Below are positions 25,422 to 36,720 of a stretch of 64,000 bases of DNA, piece after piece. This DNA is from Babesia bigemina (Eukaryota), in NCBI RefSeq assembly GCF_000981445.1, contig NC_027219.1, positions 310,001 to 374,000 of the forward strand. The letters are read 5' to 3'. Made by a program: the position numbers and the translations under genes. Below the pieces are notes generated by a model, which made no database searches, was not told where the DNA came from, and was given only the letters and a program-made list of their open reading frames with translations. Within the stretch, counting starts at the first letter, position 1. Every line of letters starts with the position of its first letter.

Positions 25422-27320
25422 TCATATATCAAATTGCAGCGGCGGCGATGTAGGCAAACGCTTAGTCAAAATTTCAACGCCTGAATGGAAATAATGTGTA
25501 TCAATGATGGATCAAATTACCTGTTTCCGTCACTAGCAGAGTGTGCTCAAACTGAGCAGATCGTTTTCCATCACTGGTCACAGCAGTCCAGTCGTCGGGC
25601 CACTTGACGTCACGCCAACCGCCTAAACAGTGTATTAACGCCATATATGGACCTGCCTAGGTTCAACATGGGCTCAATAGTGAAAACGTGCCCGGGTCGT
25701 AGTATACCAATCGCCTTATTCTTGCGATAATGCGGGATGTTAGGTAGCGAGTGAAACTCTACACCCACACCGTGTCCACAGTATGTCCTCACAACAGAAA
25801 GCCTGTAAAGCATGAGCACCTCGGCTTCGCACGCCAATCGGATAAAATGTTTGCGCATATTGGTCACGCGCAGCAGGCGTCCAGCATAATGGCTGCGACA
25901 AGCTAAAAGTGAAGTGTACTTACTTGTAGTCATCGGCTATATGGTTAATCAGGTTTCCGATCTCGCGATAATACATGCCCGGCTTACATTGTTTGATGGT
26001 GTCCATCAATGCCACGTAGGTTCCAGTAACCAGGCGCCGGGAGTCCTCATCAACCTCACCGACGAAATAGGTCTCATTCAGATCGCTATGTACCCCATTT
26101 AAGTACACGGAAATGTCGATATTTATTATATCACCATCCTTTAGTGGCCTAAAAGCAGATCAGACATCGGTAAGACAACCAATGGATGACCACCTTGTCA
26201 ACAAGGATCAAAGGTGAACATAATCGCCAATGATGTAGATACCGACATAATTGCAGATAATAAATTCATATTGACCAAAACAGCCGAGTAGACATTCGAG
26301 ACTTACCTTGAGTCAGGTATGCCATGGCATACAACCTCGTTGACGGACCTGCATCAGTGTCATTTTTCGCAAAAGGCAACGATAAGCACTCTTCAATTTA
26401 TGATATAAGAATTGATGTTTATGTTGCAAGTGTAGATCAAACAGCATTAACTTACGTGCATATCGACTTCGGAAATCCGTAGTAGTTTAGAGGCGACGGA
26501 TATGCGTTGTGTTTCACGATGAAATCGTGCACTTTAGTGTCAATCTCATCGGTGGTTACGCCTGGAGCTATCAAACTGGCAGCGTAATCCAATGCTTTCC
26601 TTCCCAAGATACACGCTTTCCTTATCAACTAAGTCAAGATGAGAGGAAAATTTGTGGTGCCATGCAACTGCCACTAATCAGAACTATGGCCACCAATTAC
26701 TACGCAGTAACACACCTTTATTTCCTCGGGGCTATTCTCTCGTATTGTTCCGGCGCTCTTGAGGTCGAATTCAGATTTAGGGTTACCATCATGCGCATAA
26801 TCTGGGCATGCTATGTGTGAAGGAACAGTCTTTTGAGGGGTTGTCGGCCATGGTCGTAAATTACCAGTGAAGCGAAAGTTTCGGAAACGCCTAAATGCCC
26901 TTCATTAAAATAAACATCGTTCGTTACCTCAGTTTCGGATCTAAGCTTATATCCCACTTATCACCGGGCACATCTGCGGCTGAAGGCTCCAACTGCATCA
27001 ACATGAGATACCACAAAACTGCAGCGGTGCTCAATTTGTATCCACCGGGGCACCCATTGGGCGACGTACGGAAAGCGGTTCATGTGAAACCTGCCGTATA
27101 TATATGCACAAATAAAAAGAAGAATTTAAAAATGTAATCAACACAAAACTTATCCGACTTTAGAACATACCTCATGAATTACATTGTGAGTTGTCCAATT
27201 GGATTTAAAACAACTTTGAGAGCAAAAAATTTTGATGTTACCCTTCGTTCTACAGACAGGGCAAGCTAGGGTGCTTTTCGTGTTTTTGCTGCAACCGCAG
27301 CACACCCTTCCACTGTCCAT
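25422..27320 (-). CDS. MAP1: Methionine aminopeptidase 1 (with N-terminal zinc finger), multi-exon
   Basis: N-terminal C..C....LACPVC.......[66 protein letters not shown]; ends PPLQFDI*. Confidence 0.93.
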
Positions 27321-27650
27321 TGTTACATTAACAATTTCCAATAGCTTATCAAGTGATGTGTCAGAAAGAACAGGCTAGTGAGGTAACAAAATGGTGCGAC
27401 ACACAACAACCTTCCACGACAACACCAACGGCTAACCGTTCTATGCGTGTAGGCAAAACGAAACATATAGTTTACAATTTTTATTAATAAGATGTATTCG
27501 TAGCACGAAAATCTGAAATCACAACAACACCATGTCATACAAGTGACTCCGAATAGATAAATTAAGAGTGTGGAGAACAAATTTCGCCCTTAATTATTAA
27601 CTTGTTTTCGAATATTATTCTTTCAAACCTAATCATTATTTCTACCATGT

Positions 27651-27777
27651 TTTCGAGGTGGGTGTTGACGTGGCTAACATTTCGTTCCACCAGCGTATCC
27701 GCATCGTGACGGAGCTGCGGCGAGCGTACCAAATACTGCGGGCGGGCGGCAGCTACGACGACATACTGGCCGGGTGA
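27651..27777 (+). pseudogene. Duplicated 3' fragment of the Cid1/TUTase gene
   Basis: Only the last 127 nt (FEVGVDVANISF...DDILAG*) are carried in copy 2. Confidence 0.8.
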
Positions 27778-27862
27778 CATGGCGGTGACTGGTGGTGTCG
27801 GCGGCCGACGGTGGAACACGTTGGTGCTGGACACAGGCAGTCAAACAGGCGCGTCATGCATC

Positions 27863-28616
27863 TCAGAGCTTGGACTCCACAGTCGACAACAGACGCAACG
27901 TCCGGTCAAGCGCCTCCAACACCTCGCTGTCACTGAACAACCTCAGACAACACAGACGAAAAACTCACCTTCGCACGTCGCACGACACGTTCTCGTTGCT
28001 ATGGTGCAGCAGACCCGTGTAACTGAAAGATGTCACGCAACACACTGCTTCACCAACCGGTCCAGAGCCTTGCTCAGCTCGACTCGCAGCAAACACAGCT
28101 GCTGAAGACGACGACCCTCAGTCGCAACAACGGGCGCCTTAATACTGTGTAACTCACAGGCTACTGACGTACCGCAGGTTTAACAACGGGCACCGTAGAC
28201 AGCACACGGTCGCCATCCACACCGTGGATGCCGCTCAACGCGCAAGAGTCGAGTCCGTATTCGCTCACGATACTGTACTTGTGGCGCTCGCCAATACCAG
28301 TGGGCACGCTCCTCGACGCCTCTAACGGACATGTCAGTTACGCACTATGCAATCCGCAACCTACCAGACGACGCAGACGCCACGCGGTGCGACGCATCGC
28401 GGCTCTCCTTCTTGCATCGGCAGCACTTCAGCGCACCGTCATTGTTACGCATCAACGGCACGTCCCTGCACTGAAGAAAGTCAAAACAACATCTCAGATA
28501 ACCACCTCAGAACAAGTATCCGCCAGCATCGTCCAGCCTGCCAGCAGCAAACGGGCCATTTCCTCAGTCGTCGACGACTCAGATAACCCGTCGCCAGACC
28601 CATGCAAATCATCCAT
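27863..28616 (-). CDS. SSSCA1/ZNRD2-like protein, duplicate copy
   Basis: Same sequence as 21279-22032. Confidence 0.65.
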
Positions 28617-29162
28617 GGCGGCAAAGGGTTACAACGCTACGCAAAGGAACTCGAAGACAGAGCGAGTCGTCGTACAGTATCGAAAGGAGAATTAGAAAAC
28701 TGATGTAGCCGTGGAAGGAAGTGGAATGTAAATGCAACGCGAGCGGAATGCCACCTTCCACACACAAGAGAAGAGACGACTGCAAAACCGCACTAAGGCG
28801 CCGCACGCACGCTAGACAGGGCAGTAACCTGTACACACAGGATTGCTGTATCCGGTGGCATACAGAAGCCGCCACTCGGCGTTGTCGCAGGGAAGGCGTA
28901 CACCTAACGCTGACAGCAGCGCCTCGCCTCGCAAGGGACGCGGGACACACACTCACGAAGCTTATCAAGACGTCGCCATTCGTAACGTATATAGTAGCTA
29001 AAAGTCTGGTATATGCGGCATCGAAGTCTGCATTTATTCTGACCGAGGAAGCAGCAACTGCGGTAACCGGCAGTACTGGCCACAAGGGCGACGATCACAA
29101 GTGAAGCTGAGCATAAAGACACGACAGCGTATTGCGCAACCCTGATCACACAACTTGATGAG

Positions 29163-29973
29163 ATGGCGCCGACGCATAAGGAATCCGAGCTGGTGAGGAA
29201 GGTACACGACAACGTCCTGGCGGCGCTGTTGCAGAAGGAGCGTGAGGTGGAGGACGAGCTGGAAAGTATCAGGCACGTGGAGAGCAAGATAGCTCACATG
29301 CGCGACGAAGACGCACTTGAGCGGTTCAGGGAAGCGAGGCTGCAGGCGCTCAAGGAGACGCACGCCAAGCGACTGGAGTTCATGAACAAGGGATACGGCA
29401 AACTGGTCGACGTGCACTCTGACTCGGATTTCTTTGACGTATGCAGGAACGCGCATTACGTGGTGAGTTATGGGTGCGCTGTATGTGGCGGCGAGGCAGT
29501 CGCGTCGTTGACGACGTGCTGCGGGGCCATGGGCACAGCCATGTAACCCACACCGAACACTGTGTGCACTAATTTCACATGCAGGTGGCGCACTTCTACA
29601 GGCCTACGACCGTCAGGTCGCAGTACCTGGACGGTAAGATGCACGAGCTGTGCCAGACGTACTTCGACACCAAGTTTATCAGGGTCAACGCCGAGCGCAC
29701 GCCCTTCCTCTGCGAGCGCTTCAACATCTGGTGCATTCCCACGGTGAGCGAAGCGTACGACAGCTTAGACTGCGTGCAGCTCATGATCATCATCGGCGGC
29801 AAGACCAACCACAGCATCATCGGCTTCGACGAGTTCGGAGGTATGCAAACACGCAGCAGCTCGCACGCCACGCAGGTGACGGCTTCACGCTTGACGAATT
29901 CGCTAGCGCCCTTAAAAAGCGCGGAATACTGCCGCCGGACGCAGAGAACGCACGGAACAAACACGCCGAATAA
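29163..29973 (+). CDS. Phosducin-like protein 3 / TXNDC9, duplicate copy
   Basis: Same sequence as 22579-23389. Confidence 0.85.
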
Positions 29974-31374
29974 CACCGCAGGCACGCATACACCACACTC
30001 AAACAACTCAAAACTAATCCAAACATCGCAAAAAAACATATACAAACAACAAACAAAACAATCAGGCGCTCATTGCAAACGTAGTAGGTCAGTGTGTGAT
30101 TTTTGTATAAACTAATCATGGGTTCACTAAACGTATATTTTTGCCTATAATGGCACTTTGCACGCATATGAGCATGTGTCAAAGCGATTCTAATGACGCT
30201 TCACTCATTACGGGGCGTATAATGGCACGTGACACTTCCTACGTAGTTATGCCAACTGGGTGAGCCTCTGCATGTAAGGCCCAGAGTAACTGTGGTGTTT
30301 TCGAAACGCTGCATATCACCTCGAAGTCGTATACATGCTTGACGTAGATCGCCATTTGACAGCTATGTGACGAGCGAGTGGCCCCCAACGACCTTTGTGG
30401 AGGCGGTGCCCTGCCGTGACAAGGCAAATCTTTAGAGAACAATGTCAGAATCACATATTCCCACATTTGGCTTATGCTTTTATCACGGGTTTCAGTCGAT
30501 GAAATAGCTCAACGGTTCGTTTTATAGGCGCGTGCCATCAAAAGACGTCATGTGGGAATGCAGTTACTGTCGTTCTAAACGAAAGTAACTGTGTCGTATC
30601 ATAATCAATACGCATTCGCCATCTAAATCTGCAGACTTTAAACCACTTCGGTTGCGGCGTCATGCTGGTTGCGAATACTACCACCCGAAGTTCACGTCGG
30701 ACGAATCCTAATGACCACAAATGGTTCACCGGCCTTAACAACAATGTCCATACGGTGCAATCGCATCAATACTACCATGTGGAAGCTTTATTGCAGTCTT
30801 TTATAATACACCGATAGCGGAAATGCCATGTCGCATACCGTGTGTGCAGGCAGCGACGTGTCGCGCATAGCCCCTGTGACAGCAAGAAATATGCATATAA
30901 ATAATTGCAGACAATTGTTCCAGAGATTGTGCATCTAACAATCATTTAATAGCAAAAAAACAAGTTGCGTATGCTGTTGCAGTCCATGCCATGCCGTGAG
31001 AGGTCCCCGCAACCTAGGTGAAGGCCGCTTTTACACGAAAATGAGTAGAATGCACATGCCATACTGCGCTATACATGAATGCGAGCCGCAGTGTATGTTT
31101 TTACGCTGCATAAAACCCCGGGAAACAGCCGAAGGCACCAGCAGGACGTACTGCGATATGGCCCCATGAATTTTGTGATGCCAAATCTGTGGCATACGCG
31201 GGGATTCCAGCCACAATTTTCTGGCGTAGTATCGTTCCCATTCTGAACAAACGTATATAATATTTGTTACGTGGACTCATACCACGTTTGTAAGATTGTC
31301 GTCCACACATCTGGCTGAATGCCGATTACGAAGCTTATCACAGCGGCTTGATATTTCGGCTGCAACGTACAAAG

Positions 31375-32999
31375 ATGTCGCAGGTAAGGTTATTCGTGAG
31401 CTAGGTTTTGTGGTTTTTCTATGGTGCCGACAAAGGAAATTGCGAAGCGCTTTCCGTGCGACGTCTCACGACGCAGCTGCGCAACAGCTTTATAACGTCG
31501 CACATGAAAACTCTGCAAGATTTTGTTTGATTTTGCTATATAAAACTGTATCCCTCTGTGACGTATTGTGATGCGGGCGTCTTTGGGCGTCCGCTGACAC
31601 CAATGTGTTCCGCCGAGCGGGCCACGCTGCCCAGGGATACACGTGTATACACTTCATACGGTTTCCCTGTAATTTAGGGCGCAACATTTACATTACTTTG
31701 CAGAACAGCAACTGCCGGGTATACGTTGGAAACCTGTCATGGAAGGTAAAGTGGCAAGACCTGAAGGACCACATGAAACAAGTCGGAGAAGTCGTAAGAG
31801 CCGACATTATCGAAGACTATGACGGCAAGTCCAAGGTAATACACAATAAACTTACGTCAAACAACTCGCAGGGTTGTGGCCTAGTGGAGTTCGCAGATGA
31901 AGAAACTGCTCTCAGGGCAATGAGGGAATTAAACGACACAATGATATATGGTACGTCCAACATGTTGATACTGTCATATTACATCAGACCGCCCAATATT
32001 CATAAGGGAAGATCGGGAGGGACCGCAAAGTTTCCGTGGAGGGAGGCGCGGTCCGAACAGAGACTGGAAGCAATCCGGGTAGGTGACATTTCGTGAATTG
32101 CAATACGTTGTATTTCTTACGCCAAAGTGTGTATTAAATGGAGAAAAAGCATGTATCGCATATTTGCACTTTTTCCGTTGAGATGCAGGGCCCACGTTGT
32201 TTTTGCTATGTGGTTATACCGTCCCTCTCAACACCCACAATACACGGATACATTGCACAATATACTCACCGTTTGATGTTTTTCTTGTTCTCCCCTATAA
32301 TTGACAGCAGAGGTGGAAATGGCACGGGTGAACCAGCTGGGGTATGTGTACTGGTCACCAACATCCAATGGAGGACGTCCTGGCAAGATTTAAAAGATCT
32401 TTTCAAGACGTGCGCGCCAGTAAACAGGTACGAATGTGTATTATAATGCATGCACTGAAACTTGCAACATGCGTTTCGCCTTCCGTCGTGATGCTCGGTG
32501 TACTTGTCCTGGGTACCGCGAACGTTCCAACCACCGGATAGCAATTGTCCGCGCAGAGTCTGCGCTACGTGTATACACGACAACGTTGCATATGCATCTT
32601 ATGTGTATCCCTGACCGTATGCTGTGACTTTTTGGTGTCTTCTTAAAAATACCCTACGTTCTCCGCCACCTCAAACCCCACCCAGTCCGAGAAGACGCGA
32701 AAATTATGCGTGCCTCCATAAGTATATCCGCTATGTGGGCAGTATAGTGTGCGTATTTTTGGGGGTTTTATCCCCTACTACATGTATTAATCATTGTACC
32801 TTAAGAAGTAGCGAAACAAACGGACGACATTAGTTACCTCGTTTGCAGGGTTGATATCTTAACCAGGGAGGACGGCAAATCCAAAGGTGTTGCAAAAGTC
32901 TACTTCCAAAATGAGGAGGACGCAAATAGAGCTATCAGCACTTTCAACGATTACCTTCTTGATGGAAGGAAAATCAGCGTAAAGTTCGAACAGCACTGA
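31375..32999 (+). CDS. GBP2: GBP2-like single-stranded G-strand/RNA-binding protein (2 RRMs), multi-exon
   Basis: [46 protein letters not shown] and a second [21 protein letters not shown]...DGKSKG...[10 protein letters not shown]. Micro first exon MSQ at 31375. Confidence 0.85.
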
Positions 33000-33343
33000 A
33001 AACTTGTGACTGCCAACGACGTTGGCGATGCAAAAAATCTATCGAAATGTGAACAGATGCCGTACGAAAGCGTTTTTTGTGCGATGTGTTGCCGTGATGC
33101 CTTAAAGTATGCCCTTTCGACGTATATATGTCGAATCGGGACGGAAAGACAAATAGCAGACTTTTACAATGTCACTTCATGGTAGCAAAACCGCCACAAA
33201 ATGAGAGATCGGTGCCGCCGACTCGATACGGTTTAGTACGCCGGGTGTCACGACTAGCGCCGCGTACCCGCGAATGCAAATGGGTGCCAGTGACGTACGT
33301 ACAGCAGTGTGGAAGGTTAAATGTAGTCGCAGATAGCGTAATT

Positions 33344-34828
33344 ATGTCCGAAGATTTGTCGACGGTAGGAAAAATGGTGAGTTATTGGCTAGCTGGTGTC
33401 CACAACACGCTGTAGGAGGGTCCGCAACTCATCATTGTCGACGCCACAAAAGTAGAAAAGGACGGAGATAAACGGATATTTGGTGACATAAAAAATGTGT
33501 CCAGTACTGGGCTGAATTTTGTCACATTAAAGCACATTCCGGCCACTATTACCAGCATAGTGTCAGGCTCCAGCATCTCCCCTCAAATAATCGAGCACAC
33601 GATGGACAGTGCAAAAATGCTCGATCTTACAAAGTTGCGCACAGGATCGAACACACCCGAAACCGCAATAAGTCCGCGAGAACCGATCGCCGTTCCAAAT
33701 GACATATCGGCGGAACACGTGATAAACATGAGCAAGGTTGTCACAAGAATCGGTGACGGCTCTGCCAGGCGGACAGGCGATTTTAACTCGCCCAGAAGCT
33801 TCCATATCGCCGAACAGTTCAAAATGATCCATTCTAAGATATCGCCGACCGTCTCCAACGCGTCCGGCACTGTGCCGATATCCGGAGCCGCAAAAAACGC
33901 CACCACTCCGTACATTTTGACGGCGCGGGAGATAACACGTAACACCGACGTACCGTCCTTAGATAGTACTCGGATGATCAGAAGAGGCTACAGTGACGAT
34001 GTAGCTATGATGCTGAAGAAAGGCTCGAACAGGCTTATCAAGACACACAGTCACAGCAGTCCAAGAGGTAAAGACTCGCCCGCTGAGTACGGACACGTAT
34101 ATCTCAACATATACGACCTGGAGGCCGTCAACCGAGTTGTCAACGTCGTAGCTGGTACTTTCGGTGCCGGCGCATACCACGCTGGCGTAGAAATTTACGG
34201 CTACGAGTACAACTTCGGGTATACGCCGCAGGGCGGTTCGGGGATAGTACAGTCACACCCGAGATTCCATTCATCGCACAAGTATCGCAAAAGCATTGAT
34301 CTCGGCAAAACGAAATTCTCACCCAGGGAGGTATTGCAAATCATTGAGTCACTAAAGCCTATGTGGCTAGGGTCGTCGTACGACATCTTGAAGAAGTAAG
34401 TTCATGCCATGCATTGGCCAGCGTTGCCATTGGTCACACGGTGTCGTTTGGCTGTATTGCATCCCTCATTGATTTGTGACTCCATGACACTTCGTGTTGG
34501 TGTGTCCGGTTTGCAATCTCACAATCGTCAACAGGAACTGTCTCAACTTTGCCGATGCACTCTGTAAGAAACTGGGCGTTGGAAGCATACCCAGCTGGGT
34601 CATGGGACTGCAAAACAAAATAAACTGGACTAGGGATAGCCTGCAGAGCGGGGCTGCCAAACTTAAGGTAGGCATATGTCTTACTCGCAATGTCTCATTT
34701 CGAATGAGCATTCTTTAAGTGAAGAAGTAACAATTTCGCAGCAATTTGACGAAGCCGTCGGCATAAGCCGCGCGTTCGGCACCCTGTCTAGAAAGCTGAC
34801 AGGAGAATGTGCCGGGGGAAACAACTAG
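33344..34828 (+). CDS. PPPDE/DeSI family desumoylating/deubiquitinating peptidase
   Basis: VYLNIYDL...[17 protein letters not shown] (catalytic His) and YDILKK/NCLNF (catalytic Cys) across an intron. Confidence 0.9.
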
Positions 34829-34905
34829 CTCATGTGTAATATAAAATGATGTGTACACCTTTTTTGTAAATTTTTTATCACTAAATCACGAATGGGTGTG
34901 CCACG

Positions 34906-36375
34906 ATGGACGTCGTGCGGGAGCTTCTCAATGAGTCTTGCTACTACAAGCTCCTGGACGTAGAATTCGACGCCACCTACGAAGAAATACGAAAGAAGTA
35001 TCGAGAAAGGGCTCTTGCGTTCCATCCAGACAAACGGCCGGCAGAGGAAAAAGAAGAATGCAAGAACCTTTTTCAAAAGATCCAACAAGCGTATGAATGC
35101 CTCTCTAACGACGAGGTACGCAATTATGAGTCTTGCACTACAAGCAATGTAATGGAAGAGCGACTCACCTATCTTTGTATATTGGGTTTAGTGTATAGCA
35201 TCCATTAATTGTTTGACAGCACTGTATTTATGGAGGTGCAATCCCCAAGGCGTGAGCCGTCCAGTCTGTGGCAACATAATAGGCAACTGGCGGCTACCGT
35301 CTCATTTGCATAACGTAACGATGCATTTCACAATCGTATGCTTGAAATTTGTTGCATGTATTGTGTTTTAACACACTAATGCATTTTGCAGACACGAAGG
35401 TGGTACGATAAAAATAGGCACCTCATCCTAAAATCGCAACGACAGCACGATACCGACGATTTCGACATATGGTACTACTTCGGATCATGCTACAGTGGAT
35501 ATGATGAATCCAAACGAAATAACTTCTTCGAAGTTTATCGCAGATGCTTCTCAAAAATAGCCGAACTCGAAATGCGCGAATTGCAATACGAACCAGAGCT
35601 TGAATTGGACGTAAGTTGTCTATCGTATGACCGTGTAGTTGCGAGATTATTTTCGACAAATACGTTGGAAGTGTCGCACTCGTGTATTTGTTTGTGTGGC
35701 TTGTATTCATTTCCGCAGAGTTTTGTTTATTTGCAGTATAATCGTTAGTGCTCATGTCGCTTTGCCTTTTACCGTTCACACGTTATGTGGAAGCAGGAGT
35801 TCCCGGCATTCGGAACATCGCAAACCGACTGGAAAGAGGTTAACAAGTTCTATCTCTTCTGGCAAAACTTTGCCACAATACGCTCATTTATGTGCAATGA
35901 GATGTGGCAAATTGAGGGTCGGATGCACAGACGGTACTTCGAAAGGAAGGTCAAGAAAGAGCACAGCAAACTCAAAAAGGAGTTCAACGAGAGCGTGCGA
36001 AATCTCACCAATATGGTCAAAAACATGGACCCCAGAGTCATACGCTTTAAGCAGGAGCAAGAGGAACTTAAAGCGCAGATGAAGCTGGAAAGCATAAAAC
36101 TGAAAGAAAAACTCGACGAAATCAAACATGTCGTTAAGAATGAAATAATAAATAATATGAAGCAACACATCGAAGAAATCGAAAAGCAGAAGGAAGTTTT
36201 ACAACAGCAAGATACTTGCAGGGTTTTTGCATCGCATTATGATAACGAACAGCCGCAGAGTGAGGAGCAGTTCTTCGCATGCCAAGTGTGCAACAAAGTT
36301 TTCAGATCGAATAACCAGCTGGATAACCACCTAAAATCTAAACAACACTTGAAAAACGCTAAAAGTAAATTATAG
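34906..36375 (+). CDS. DnaJ protein DNAJC21/JJJ1-like (J-domain plus C2H2 zinc finger), 3 exons
   Basis: YYKLLDV...ALAFHPDK...FQKIQQAYECLS; FY.FW.NF.T.RSF; C-terminal CQVCNKVFRSNNQLDNHLKSKQH. Confidence 0.88.
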
Positions 36376-36448
36376 CTACTCAATCATAAAATCATGTTAA
36401 GAAGTGCTAGTTGAAATTCCTTCTCAATTGCGATAATGTCCTTAGGTT

Positions 36449-36720
36449 CATCTGAAATTACTAGCAACGTGGGTCGACGTCATGCAGGCGTACGACTCAA
36501 TCGACCACGAGTACCTGGCAAGGGTTATAGACACCCTTTACCTACCAGAGTGGTTATCAAACTTCATCAAGCAGACGACCAAGAGGTGGAATATAGAGAT
36601 ACGGTGGAACAAGAACACAATCATGCACAAGAAAGTAGAGAGGGGCATCCTTCAAGGCTACAGCCTATCGCCCCTTCTCTTAATGCTGTGGTTGGCACCG
36701 CTGATATCGTATATCGAGTG
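36449..36720 (+). mobile_element. Decayed fragment of a non-LTR retrotransposon reverse transcriptase (motifs A and B only)
   Basis: In-frame LATWVDVMQAYDSIDHEYL...LPEWL.NFIK....W......RGILQGYSLSPLLLML.LAPL matches the non-LTR RT consensus W.D.KKA[FY]DS..H...RGI.QGDSLSPLLF.L...PL. No YxDD, endonuclease or gag sequence is seen nearby. Confidence 0.8.

Larger units (their letters stand above)
27651..30070. repeat. Copy 2 of the 2420-bp direct segmental duplication
   Basis: Matches 21067-23486 with no differences noticed by eye. Flanks diverge abruptly on both sides. Confidence 0.95.
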
